Shown: positions 54,565 through 63,793, numbered from the stretch's first letter. The stretch is 64,000 nucleotides of DNA from Candidatus Latescibacterota bacterium (GCA_965197905.1 CBDAOB010000005.1:1600001-1664000); one strand, 5' to 3'. Program-made: numbers and translations. Notes: generated by a model from the letters alone, not told the origin.

Positions 54565-55425
54565 TTAGGCGTTGCTGTAAGTGCGCAATTGGTCACATCT
54601 ACTTGGATGCCGGAGGCGATGGAGCGCCTTTTCCTTTATTTGACGGACACGCTCGCGAGTAAGCCCAAATCTCGCGCCGATCTGATCGAGTGTCATCGGT
54701 TCCTCGCCGCCAAGTCCGAAATAGAGACGCAGGATCTCTCCTTCTCTTCCGGCGAGACCGCCAAGGGCGGAGTCGATCTGGCCGCGCAAACATCCGCGCA
54801 TCACGTTGTTTTCCGGGGATTCCTGTCTGTCGTCTGGAAGCACATCTAGAAGGCTTTGGTCCTCCTCCTCTTTGAACGCCGCATCGAGCGAACGCACGGA
54901 GCGCCCGCACATCAGAGTTTCTTTGACCTCGTGCACCGGTACATCCAACTGCATGGCGATCTCCTCAGGGTTGGGATCGTCGGCCCGCTCTTGCTGCAAA
55001 GCCCGCGAAGCCTTCGATATCTTGTAGAGGAGACCGATCTTGTTCAGCGGAAGTCGAACTGTGCGCGATTGCTCAGCAAGGGTTTGCAGGATCGCCTGGC
55101 GTATCCACCAAACGGCGTAGGAAATGAACTTGAAACCTTTGTCCTCATCGAAACGCTCGGCCGCGGTTATCAACCCCATGTTGCCGGCACTGATCAGATC
55201 GGCAAGCGGCACACCCCGATTCTGATATTCCTTGGCGACGCTTACCACGAAACGGAGATTCGCCTCCACCAGCTGATTGCGGGCCTCCTCGTCCCCCTGT
55301 TTTATTTCTTTGGCCAGTTGCACCTCTTCCACAGCAGACAGTGGGCTCGAACTGGCGATTTCAGCCAGGTAGCTGCCAAGAGAATCATCCATGTCCCAAA
55401 ACGAGGCTTTTGTCATTTCCGGCAT
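54565..55425 (-). CDS. Short RpoD/SigA-family sigma-70 factor (no region 1.1)
   Basis: ANLRFVVSVAK, GFKFISYAVWWIRQ, RTVRLP and LTRERVRQI motifs. Confidence 0.93.
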   Translation of the reverse strand: MPEMTKASFWDMDDSLGSYLAEIASSSPLSAVEEVQLAKEIKQGDEEARNQLVEANLRFVVSVAKEYQNRGVPLADLISAGNMGLITAAERFDEDKGFKFISYAVWWIRQAILQTLAEQSRTVRLPLNKIGLLYKISKASRALQQERADDPNPEEIAMQLDVPVHEVKETLMCGRSVRSLDAAFKEEEDQSLLDVLPDDRQESPENNVMRGCLRGQIDSALGGLAGREGEILRLYFGLGGEEPMTLDQIGARFGLTRERVRQIKEKALHRLRHPSRCDQLRTYSNA

Positions 55426-55539
55426 CGGAAATTCCTTCGCGTGTGGGGTTCTAAGGAAAACAGATTCAACTGGTTAAGCAAGTATTAAAAGTATGCCGGA
55501 CCGTCTGTGCCTGTCAAGCGGATTTTGTTTTAGAGGCGC

Positions 55540-56268
55540 CTAGGCGTCGCCATTCAGGGCCGCTTTCTGTACCGCGATGAGCTGTTCGATTCCCTGTGCC
55601 GCCAGGTCCAACAGGGCGTCCGACTGTTTGCGGCTGAAGGGCCGATCCTCCGCCGTGCCCTGGATTTCGACGAACCCGCCACCCGCCGTCATGACAACGT
55701 TCATGTCGGTTTCCGCCCGTGCATCCTCGGCGTAACAAAGGTCGAGTAGGGCCTCGCCGTCGACGATCCCGACGCTCACCGCCGCAGCCGCTTCGAGCAC
55801 CGGATTTTCACCTAATATTCTATCTCTCAAGAGGTTCCTAACCGCTTCTGAGAGAGCAATATAACCTCCTGTAATACTGGCGGTCCGCGTACCGCCGTCA
55901 GCCTGAATAACATCGCAGTCGACGTGGATGGTACGCTCGCCGATCATTTTCAGGTCGACGATGGAGCGCAGCGATCGCCCGATAAGACGCTGAATCTCTC
56001 GGTTGCGGCTATTCACCCGGCCAGTACTCGACTCGCGGGCAACCCGCTGTGACGAGGATCCAGGAAGCATGCTGTATTCGGCCGTAAGCCAACCCTTGCC
56101 CGAGCCGACCAGAAACGGCGGAACCCGATCTTCGATCACAGCAGTGCACAGTACTCTAGTATCTCCCATCGATATCAGCACCGAGCCGGGGGCGGTTTTC
56201 AGGTAGCCCAAGGCGAAGTCGACGGGTCGCAGCTCGTCGGCCCGGCGATTGTCTACTCGGTGACCCAT
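55540..56268 (-). CDS. rph: Ribonuclease PH
   Basis: GWLTAEYSMLP, EIQRLIGRSLR, ADGGTRTASITG and EIQGTAE motifs. Confidence 0.97.
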   Translation of the reverse strand: MGHRVDNRRADELRPVDFALGYLKTAPGSVLISMGDTRVLCTAVIEDRVPPFLVGSGKGWLTAEYSMLPGSSSQRVARESSTGRVNSRNREIQRLIGRSLRSIVDLKMIGERTIHVDCDVIQADGGTRTASITGGYIALSEAVRNLLRDRILGENPVLEAAAAVSVGIVDGEALLDLCYAEDARAETDMNVVMTAGGGFVEIQGTAEDRPFSRKQSDALLDLAAQGIEQLIAVQKAALNGDA

Positions 56269-57137
56269 CAGTCCGATCTCAGGAACTGGCGGTAATCCGT
56301 GCCGATCATGTCCACCGTATAACACATCTCGGTAAGTCTCGAGAATATGCGGCCGCCGGAGAGCTCGCGTATTTCGTCTAGCGACTGGTTCGTGGTTATC
56401 ATGGTGAAACGCTGCTCGCCATATCGCGCATCGACGAGGTCGTATAACATCTCAGTCTCCCAGTCGGTGCCTCGTTGAACGCCGAAATCATCCAGCACCA
56501 GATAAGGGATCTGGCAGAGCGCATCAACGATCTGCCAGGTCTGACCGTAATGTTCGCTGTCGTGAGAGTAGGTATCGCGCAATTTCTGGAAGTACTTCCG
56601 CGACAGATTCAGAAAACGACCGGCGCGGGCGCGATGCAGAATGAGCTCGTTGAGGATGATGCTTCCTAGAAGGGTCTTCCCAGTGCCCGGGCTTCCGTAT
56701 AGCAGGAATCCCCGCTGGGGTTCCTCGTCGCTGCCAACCACCCACGATACAAGATCCAGCGCTTTTTTGGCTTTCTGTTCCACCGGTATCGGCGTCTGAC
56801 CATCGGGGGCGAAAGCGGAGAAGTCTCGACGGAATTTCCAACGAAAACGCTCGGGAATCTCCGCTTGTTTGAAAAGCTGGCTGACATGTGTGAGCCTGCG
56901 CCGGTATTGCCGACACGGGCATGGCCGGTTCTGCCCTTCTTCGTCCCAGTACCGGAAGGGCGGTGTTCGATCACAGCGACAGGAGTCCAGAATACAGCGG
57001 CACAGCTCCAGAGTTCCGTAGCGACCCACTTCTATATCGGCCTCGTAGCGAATGCCGGCACCACCGCAGACTTCACATGGGGCCCTAGAGGCTGTCGGCG
57101 CTGCGGTTTCGCCTTCTTCGCTGCTGGCAAGACTCAT
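56268..57137 (-). CDS. DnaC/IstB-like AAA+ ATPase with Cys-rich N-terminus
   Basis: CEVC, CRC and CPC; IPERF; GSPGTGKT; LVLDDFG; ITTN; RIFSRL. Confidence 0.88.
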   Translation of the reverse strand: MSLASSEEGETAAPTASRAPCEVCGGAGIRYEADIEVGRYGTLELCRCILDSCRCDRTPPFRYWDEEGQNRPCPCRQYRRRLTHVSQLFKQAEIPERFRWKFRRDFSAFAPDGQTPIPVEQKAKKALDLVSWVVGSDEEPQRGFLLYGSPGTGKTLLGSIILNELILHRARAGRFLNLSRKYFQKLRDTYSHDSEHYGQTWQIVDALCQIPYLVLDDFGVQRGTDWETEMLYDLVDARYGEQRFTMITTNQSLDEIRELSGGRIFSRLTEMCYTVDMIGTDYRQFLRSD

Positions 57138-57601
57138 TGTCGCTCCTTGAATTCCCTCTCTAGGTCGCGCTGTGCGTCGCGGCTGGCTATATCCCTCCGC
57201 TTGTCATACTGACGTTTTCCCCGCGCCAGAGCCAGCTCGACCTTAGCGCGCCCCCTCTTGAAATAGATCTTCAACGGGACGAGGGTAAGACCTCGTTGCT
57301 GGCTGCGTCCCAGCAAGCGTCGTATCTCGCCACGATGCATTAGGAGTTTCCTTCGCCGTTCCGGCTCGTGGTTGAATCTGTTGGCGGGCTCGTACGCGCC
57401 GATGTGGAGGTTGTAGAGAAACAACTCCCCCTGGTCCACGGCGGCAAAGGAGTCTTTCATGTTGGCTTTGCCCGCCCTCAAGGCTTTGACCTCGGTCCCC
57501 ACCAAAACAATGCCAGTTTCGTAGGAATCGAGGATTTCATAGTCGTGTCGAGCCTTGCGGTTCTGAGCGACCAGTTTGGTCCCGTTTGCCGTACTGTTCA
57601 A
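57134..57601 (-). CDS. smpB: SsrA-binding protein
   Basis: NRKARHDY, GTEVKALR, RRKLLMH and GKRQYDKR motifs. Confidence 0.97.
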   Translation of the reverse strand: MNSTANGTKLVAQNRKARHDYEILDSYETGIVLVGTEVKALRAGKANMKDSFAAVDQGELFLYNLHIGAYEPANRFNHEPERRRKLLMHRGEIRRLLGRSQQRGLTLVPLKIYFKRGRAKVELALARGKRQYDKRRDIASRDAQRDLEREFKERQ

Positions 57602-57654
57602 GCCGGTCCTACCTCTTGACGATGCATGTCCCTGGAAATACTTTTCGAGGTGCT

Positions 57655-57742
57655 GCCGAAGTGGCGAAATTGGTAGACGCGCTGCGTTCAGGGCGCAGTG
57701 GGGTTTATCCCCGTGGAGGTTCGAGTCCTCTCTTCGGCACCA
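57655..57742 (+). tRNA. tRNA-Leu (anticodon CAG)
   Basis: GCCGAAG/CTTCGGC acceptor stem, CTGCG-TTCAGGG-CGCAG anticodon arm, long variable arm, GGTTCGAGTCC and encoded CCA. Confidence 0.97.
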
Positions 57743-57774
57743 CTTCTATCTCGAAAGAAATTAGGCGGTTATCG

Positions 57775-57808
57775 AGAGCCGGGCAACTGACGTGCCGGGC
57801 TCTTTTTG
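57775..57808 (+). terminator. Terminator after tRNA-Leu
   Basis: AGAGCC(G)GGCA...TGCC(G)GGCTCT followed by a T run. Confidence 0.7.
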
Positions 57809-57903
57809 CGTTTGATGGCCAGACCCAACATTGTTCCCAAGCCCGGCATTTCGCAGGAAAGGAATGTTGGTATCTGGCGGAAGAAGTTGTAAGAAAACGA
57901 TGC

Positions 57904-59781
57904 CTACGCGGCTCTCCAGACGCCATCCTTGCCCTTTTCGACGATCCGCTTCGCCCCGCGTTTCATCTGTGGCACAAGCTCTCCGGTATCTGGATCGCGC
58001 TGGCAGACCACGTGCCGGGTAGGATCCTCTTGATCGGGCATGATCTTGTACGGGATGCGCCGCTGATTGCCCGCCACCCGCATCTCTACGCGTCCGATAA
58101 CCACCCCCAGTTGTTTTTCATCCTCGCTGAGCTCGAGATCATCCTCCGCGGCGGTGCCGGATGAGGCAGGCTTAGACTTCTCGGCTTCTTCGGCTTTCTT
58201 CCGCTGCTCTTCTACAGCCTCCTGGCGCTCATTGAGAATCTTCTGCTCAATCTCATCGATCATCTGGGCACCGCGCAGCTTGATTTCGGCCCCTTCGTCG
58301 GTAGACATATCGGGAAACAGCCGCCGCACGCGAACATTGAGAAAATTCTCGGCTTGATGTCTTGCCTCTTTGAGATCGGATGTCGAGCGGAAGAATTCTT
58401 CCAGGCTGTGAGCTATACGGAGCATGCGAAGCTCTTTGCGAAACCACGTTCGTTTGGTCACGTGATCGATCAGATTGATCAGACAAACCGTGTCTGCCGC
58501 GGGCCGCACCCTGACCACCGCATCGGCGGAGTTGAGCCGATCGGAGATGTCGTCCAGGGTAGACATGCGGAGATCGGAGAAAAAGTCCTCCTCGATGGTC
58601 AAATTGGAGATCCGCTCCATGCCTCGCCCCGCCACACTGTTGTACGGTGGCAACCGAACCGACACCATGCGCAGCTCGTGGTCCTTCCGCTCCATAACAT
58701 CGATCAAACCCTCAAGAAGAGCAGAGTCATCCATCAACTCTTGCAGCGTGGGGACGGGGTTGACGCCGGCTCCATCGTTCGACACAACCACCTGCTTGTG
58801 ACGAATCAGAAACTTCAGTGCCGGATCTGCCTGTTCGCCTATCCTGCGCATCGCTTCGAACACCTCCAGGTACCTTACCGAGTGTTCTACGACGGCCTTC
58901 ACTTTTTTGTCCAGTTCGTCCCGGGACGCGCCCGCCAACAAACTGTTGCGAATCCGACTTGCCTCGGTCTCGTCGATCTCGCCTTTTTTTAATCGACGTT
59001 CGACGTCGCTCAAGCCTTTTACCTTCTCGGCTTCCTCCTCGGTCAGGTCTCCGCGTTCAACATATGAAGCGACGTTCTGCGGCACCTTTTCCGTTTCCTG
59101 CTTTACCAGCTCGGATCTGCGCTTTTGCTGTTGTTTGGCACGTTGCTGCGCCTCCTGCTGACTCACTTCCCCCGAGGCGACTGCTTCCTCGACGGCAGAA
59201 TCCGCCTCCCCTGACCCGGGAGAAGTGTCCGCAACATCTGGACCCATAATCCCCCTGAGCTGAGCCTTGAAAGCTTCGAGCTGGGCATCTGTTGCAGCCT
59301 GGGCCGGCGCCGAGTCCTGATTCCCCTCAAGCTTCACCAATACATCTTTCACGCAGTTGTAGAAATCGATTTTCCTGGGATCGATATTCGCGTCCGCCAG
59401 CAAGTCGAGAATCCCTTCAAGCTTGCTGAATCTGCGGACGGTGTTGGCACCCTGCGACTGAATCTTGGTGACATCCCATTTAAGTTTCCGCACACCCTCA
59501 TCGAAAGCGCGGCTGACCGCGTTCCGAACGCCCCTGGCGACATACGTCTCCAGATGCCTTTTGTTCACTTCGGTGACCATATGGCGAATCTTCGTCTTCG
59601 CGGAAGCCGAGGCCTCAACTCCGGTAAGCTCCTCGAAATCAGACTCGAGAGCGTCTTGAAAGTGCTGGTTCACGATCAACACCTCACCCTTCTCCAATCG
59701 CGAAAGCACTCGAGTCCAGAGCGCGGTACACAATTCCTTCGGCAAGTTGCCCTCAGGTTTTTGTTGATCGATTGAGCTCAA
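57904..59781 (-). CDS. Large hypothetical alpha-helical protein (about 625 aa; start uncertain)
   Basis: Long ORF with charged helical segments; probable TTG start at 59781. Confidence 0.75.
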   Translation of the reverse strand: MSSIDQQKPEGNLPKELCTALWTRVLSRLEKGEVLIVNQHFQDALESDFEELTGVEASASAKTKIRHMVTEVNKRHLETYVARGVRNAVSRAFDEGVRKLKWDVTKIQSQGANTVRRFSKLEGILDLLADANIDPRKIDFYNCVKDVLVKLEGNQDSAPAQAATDAQLEAFKAQLRGIMGPDVADTSPGSGEADSAVEEAVASGEVSQQEAQQRAKQQQKRRSELVKQETEKVPQNVASYVERGDLTEEEAEKVKGLSDVERRLKKGEIDETEASRIRNSLLAGASRDELDKKVKAVVEHSVRYLEVFEAMRRIGEQADPALKFLIRHKQVVVSNDGAGVNPVPTLQELMDDSALLEGLIDVMERKDHELRMVSVRLPPYNSVAGRGMERISNLTIEEDFFSDLRMSTLDDISDRLNSADAVVRVRPAADTVCLINLIDHVTKRTWFRKELRMLRIAHSLEEFFRSTSDLKEARHQAENFLNVRVRRLFPDMSTDEGAEIKLRGAQMIDEIEQKILNERQEAVEEQRKKAEEAEKSKPASSGTAAEDDLELSEDEKQLGVVIGRVEMRVAGNQRRIPYKIMPDQEDPTRHVVCQRDPDTGELVPQMKRGAKRIVEKGKDGVWRAA

Positions 59782-60015
59782 CTCGCCTCTTAAAGCCCAG
59801 CACCCCACCCTCGGGCGCTGCGGCTGGAATCGTCCGACAAGACATAACAGGTAATATATTATGGATCTTGCATGCTCGAAAGTCAAGCAGAACTAGGCTG
59901 TTTGGCTGCTCCAAGCGGTCAATTTCGCTGATGAGCCGAGATCTACTTACCGGCGCTAGTCGATTGCGTACTATCGAGGAACCACGGAGTGTACACACCG
60001 AAAAAGGGGGCAATT

Positions 60016-60396
60016 ATGACTATCTTTCTTCACACCCGGATCAGGGTGAGCGATTTGGACCGGTCGATCGACTGGTACACCGAACATTTGGGATTTCAGC
60101 TGCAGCGAAGATCCGATAAGTCGCCTGCCGGAAATCACATTGCCATGCTGCAGCTTCCGGATAACGACCACCTCCTGGAGCTCACCTGGTCCGCTGATTA
60201 CCAGTTGGAGGTGCCCGAGGACTTGATGCACCTGGCGATAGGCGTCGAGGATCTGCTAGGTTGCTGCGCGCGCTTGGAAGGGGCGGGCATCGAAATCTGG
60301 CCCGACGGGTGGAGGCAGAAACTGGTTGACAGCAAAATGGCGTTTATCGACGACCCGGATGGTTACGAGATCGAGCTACTCGAGCGATCCGTCTGA
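60016..60396 (+). CDS. VOC / lactoylglutathione lyase family protein
   Basis: LHTRIRVSDLDRSIDWY, LELT, HLAI and DPDGYEIEL motifs. Confidence 0.9.
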   Translation: MTIFLHTRIRVSDLDRSIDWYTEHLGFQLQRRSDKSPAGNHIAMLQLPDNDHLLELTWSADYQLEVPEDLMHLAIGVEDLLGCCARLEGAGIEIWPDGWRQKLVDSKMAFIDDPDGYEIELLERSV

Positions 60397-60511
60397 TAGT
60401 GTTGTTTCCCATCCTACCCCTACCTGCTTATTTTTCAATCACTTAACGACGTCATCCTGGTCACCGCAAGAAATTGCTATCAATTCCTGTAGATTTCGAT
60501 GGCGTCGCCGA

Positions 60512-60535
60512 TATAATTAGTATCACATAGTATCA
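60512..60535 (+). promoter_or_regulatory. -10 box followed by a TAGTATCA direct repeat (probable operator)
   Basis: TATAAT 60512-60517, then TAGTATCA at 60518 and 60528. Confidence 0.55.
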
Positions 60536-60573
60536 TGAATGCGCCTACAATTTAGACAAGGAGGTCTTTATTT

Positions 60574-60828
60574 ATGGCAGCAAGAAAGCCAAAGCTCATC
60601 GGTATTGAGGAAGCCGCCCACTTGTTCGGCAAGTCGATTCACCAGATGCGTCAATATAAGTCTAAGGGACTTTTGAAGGTCGCGGATTGCGTCGGCAACA
60701 AAGATCTGTTCGATATGGCGGAAGTCATTCTGTTGAAAAACCTGATTCACGAGTTGCGGGTAACGGAAGGGCTATCACTCGCCCAGATTTCCCGCAGACT
60801 CGACCAGATGATGGGACGTGCGGCATAA
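60574..60828 (+). CDS. Small MerR-like HTH protein
   Basis: IGIEEAAHLFG...MRQYKSKGLL...GLSLAQI; AGGAGG RBS. Confidence 0.8.
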   Translation: MAARKPKLIGIEEAAHLFGKSIHQMRQYKSKGLLKVADCVGNKDLFDMAEVILLKNLIHELRVTEGLSLAQISRRLDQMMGRAA

Positions 60829-60971
60829 CGGCAACGAAGTTGAATTAGCAGGGCGGGCAGGCTTTTCCAGAAGAGGGTGCGAGAAGGTATCCCTACTCGC
60901 GGTACAGGGAAGTACGACCTTTTCCAGGGAGAAGTCCGCCGCCCTGTCTATTTCGTTTCAATCCCTCAAAC

Positions 60972-61322
60972 TCACTTGCTCCCCTTCGTGCGATCGCACG
61001 CTTCATTGATTATTCCGAGAATCGCCTCCAGGACCGCTCCTACCCAGGCCGGCAACTGCTCGACTCGATCGGGATGAAAGACAGCCGCAAACCTGCGTCG
61101 CACCTGGCTGAGTTCCTGCTCACTCACGGGGCCATCGATGCCGAGGATCTGACCGGGCGTATAGTTGCGAATAGCCCCCAGATCGAAACTCTGTGTAGTG
61201 CTTGCCGAGCGTTCCGCGGCAGTAGCTCTCGCCGCCATGCTGCGCAAGCGCTGATCTAATTTCAGATACTCGCTTTTCAGGCGTTCGAAATCTCTTCCCC
61301 CCTCAGTAGTCTGGCGCTCCAA
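60972..61322 (-). CDS. Small protein with C-terminal J-domain
   Basis: QILGI...VRRRFAAVFHPDR...INEACD; N-terminal coiled coil. Confidence 0.75.
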   Translation of the reverse strand: MERQTTEGGRDFERLKSEYLKLDQRLRSMAARATAAERSASTTQSFDLGAIRNYTPGQILGIDGPVSEQELSQVRRRFAAVFHPDRVEQLPAWVGAVLEAILGIINEACDRTKGSK

Positions 61323-61350
61323 TTTTATCCCGCAATTAGCATTTTTGGCC

Positions 61351-61380
61351 TTGACAATCCCGCATTTGCTACCCTACCTT
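61351..61380 (+). promoter_or_regulatory. Sigma-70-type promoter
   Basis: TTGACA-N18-TACCTT ending just before the structured element. Confidence 0.6.
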
Positions 61381-61388
61381 TGCCCTAT

Positions 61389-61524
61389 TCTACAATCACG
61401 CGGTGGACTCTTTTTAGTCGGGTTCTCCGCTGAATACAACAGCCCTGCAAGACGGGCCAGGGTAGCTCCTTGGCCCGAGGGTGAATAGGTGGAAACTTCC
61501 CGCATTTCATTGCGTGATTGTAGA
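61389..61524 (+). ncRNA. Candidate rod-shaped structured RNA or 5' leader (family unassigned)
   Basis: 19-bp closing stem 61389-61407 with 61506-61524, nested stems, internal bubbles and a 10-bp apical hairpin; G-U pairs favour the + strand. Confidence 0.65.
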
Positions 61525-61586
61525 GACGGCCCGGCATTTTTTGCCGGGGGCAATCTCTCACTCCATCCAAAGGACGGTGTGCAATC

Positions 61587-63185
61587 ATGCGCCCCATCAT
61601 CATTTTGTTCTGTGCCACCATTGGCGGACTACTCGCCTGTGCCTCGGATAAAACCCGCGCTGTAAACAGCGAGCCGATATTTCCGTACATCGAGACAGAG
61701 AACAGCCAAACCTCACCCGAGCTGCAAAATTGGCTTGATCGCCAAGCGGAACCCCTCGGCTTGGCGCCGCGGGCAAAGATTGTTGTCGATGCGGGGCTCA
61801 ATCCAATCCCTTCCAATTCGTATTTCAGTGCGCTGGAAACCTGGAGCGATACCGCGCATATAGCCTATATAAATCCCAACTTGCCATTGGAGGGCGGATT
61901 GCGTTTCGTCGCCAATCCAAGCGGAAGTGACAAAATCGTAGAACTGGCTTGGAGCCCTAAATCAGGCGTTGCGCCCAATTGGTGTCCGGCGGAGGGGAAT
62001 GACACCAAAAACCAGATTATCGGCGGGCCTATTTACGTCCAGGCGTGCGGCTCAGGCCGCGCAAAAATAGATGTGTATAGCCTGAATGACATCCTGATCG
62101 ACTCCTTTGTCTTCAATTTGGGGGATGTCGCCTTGGCGCAGATAGGAGGAGAGGATGGGATCAGCCATTGCGACGTGTTCTACAAGGCGGTTGACTCCAA
62201 AATCTACCGGATAAACATGAACCCCGACATACATTACGCTTCCGGCAAGCACTGGGAAACTATTTTTTCAGGAGCAAGCAGTTACGGAGAAATTACGGGC
62301 TTGGCGGTGGACATTCCGGGGGGGAAATTATACTGGATAAGGGGAAGCCGGGGAACTTTGCACCGAGCCGGTCTCGATGGGGCCAACCCGGAGACCGTTG
62401 CTGAAATTGAAGGGATGAGCTCCACTTACCAAAAGGGATTCACGCTTTCCGGGGACTTTTTTTATTGGGGTGAGCAAGAGCCCGACCGCGACGAAGGTGG
62501 CGGCAGCTACCCTTGGCGCATTCAACGCCTCTCGAAAGATGGACAACAACTGACAACCGTAGTTGCAGACATTGGATCCATGCGCCGGATTTTCATCGAT
62601 GCGGATGCGGAGAAAGCATATTGGGTCGATTCGCGGGGCACACCGTATGGCGGAACCGACGGGGAAGATGACGAGGAAGACGAGGGCGGAGCAGTACTCG
62701 AGGATGGGGTTCAGCCGGATGGAAGCTATTTTTATGCCAATGGAAATTTGATCTATCGGTTCCACTTCCATGAGGCAAGGTTGGATGGCTCGGAACGGCG
62801 GGTATTAGGTGAATTCTCTTGGCATGACGCCCGTTATCTTTCCGGGCTCGCCGTTGATTCCAAGGCGGGGAAAGTGTATTGGCAAAGCGCTAAACAAGAA
62901 GAGGGGGTATGGACCGAGAAATTGCTGCGACGCGCCAACCTGGACTTGACCGACGTTGAAGTGCTTCACGATGATGTCAACGCCGGCGGCAACTGGCCCG
63001 ACCGGATAAGCAGCATTGGAAACACCGTCTTCCTGGATGTGCCCAACGAAACGATTTACTTCGCGCCCGGTGGGAATTATCTGCATCAAACCAATCTTGA
63101 CGGATCGCTGCCCACCGAGAGGCTGCCGACAGAAGTGATTAGCCAAATTGGCAGAGCACACGCGATTTCCTTCTGCTCTGGGTAG
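61587..63185 (+). CDS. Lipoprotein with LDL-receptor class B (YWTD)-like beta-propeller repeats
   Basis: LLAC lipobox; repeated GLAVD..GGKLYW, KAYWVD, GKVYW and RAxLDG motifs. Confidence 0.8.
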   Translation: MRPIIILFCATIGGLLACASDKTRAVNSEPIFPYIETENSQTSPELQNWLDRQAEPLGLAPRAKIVVDAGLNPIPSNSYFSALETWSDTAHIAYINPNLPLEGGLRFVANPSGSDKIVELAWSPKSGVAPNWCPAEGNDTKNQIIGGPIYVQACGSGRAKIDVYSLNDILIDSFVFNLGDVALAQIGGEDGISHCDVFYKAVDSKIYRINMNPDIHYASGKHWETIFSGASSYGEITGLAVDIPGGKLYWIRGSRGTLHRAGLDGANPETVAEIEGMSSTYQKGFTLSGDFFYWGEQEPDRDEGGGSYPWRIQRLSKDGQQLTTVVADIGSMRRIFIDADAEKAYWVDSRGTPYGGTDGEDDEEDEGGAVLEDGVQPDGSYFYANGNLIYRFHFHEARLDGSERRVLGEFSWHDARYLSGLAVDSKAGKVYWQSAKQEEGVWTEKLLRRANLDLTDVEVLHDDVNAGGNWPDRISSIGNTVFLDVPNETIYFAPGGNYLHQTNLDGSLPTERLPTEVISQIGRAHAISFCSG

Positions 63186-63514
63186 ATTTCACGGAGGGAC
63201 GCAATTGGATTGACAAACAAGGGCACGAGCATACCTTACTGAAGTAGTATTCTCATCGTGCAGCCTGACAGCTCTCCACAATGCCGGGTTGATAAATGCG
63301 TACAAATACCGGTGCCTGCTTTCTCTGGCTGTCCATGATTTTACTCCTGGAATAGCGTGAATTGGACGGATAAACGTCCGTCCTCGCTTCGGACGATCCG
63401 ATAGATTGACTAGGTTGGAACTGTTTTCAAATAATCCTTGACTTTTTATGATGGCAGACTTTACGTTTGGGCCGGCTTTTTTGTAATGGCGGATTTCATA
63501 TTTAGGGGTGAGTT

Positions 63515-63778
63515 ATGCCCGATCAAAAAGAGGACGCAATGAATAACGGATCTGTGCAAAAGCTGGCCGAGGCCCTATCCGAGGTGATCCATCATGAGCA
63601 TGAGCATCCGCATCCGGAATTGATCATACATATTGACGGCAAATTCAAGGCCGTCATGGGCGAAATTCACGGCCTGAAGCAGGATATGACTGTCGAAATT
63701 GACGGCCTGAAGCAGGATATGACTATCGTGAAAAATCATATCCTGAACGGCGGGAGCGATCCTACACCAGCAGGATAA
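63515..63778 (+). CDS. Small coiled-coil protein with 11-aa tandem repeat and His-rich patch
   Basis: HHEHEHPHPE; EIHGLKQDMTV-EIDGLKQDMTI. Confidence 0.65.
   Translation: MPDQKEDAMNNGSVQKLAEALSEVIHHEHEHPHPELIIHIDGKFKAVMGEIHGLKQDMTVEIDGLKQDMTIVKNHILNGGSDPTPAG
63662..63727 (+). repeat. 33-bp tandem repeat, 2 copies
   Basis: GAAATT(C/G)ACGGCCTGAAGCAGGATATGACT(G/A)TC, two mismatches. Confidence 0.9.
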
Positions 63779-63793
63779 ATTTGCCGCTACCGC

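Noticed and set aside
56268..57137. IS21 element (istB)
   Set aside because: No istA or terminal repeats; the gene overlaps housekeeping genes on both sides.
61389..61524. Retron msr-msd (a1/a2 inverted repeats)
   Set aside because: No reverse transcriptase in the window; the downstream gene is a secreted lipoprotein.
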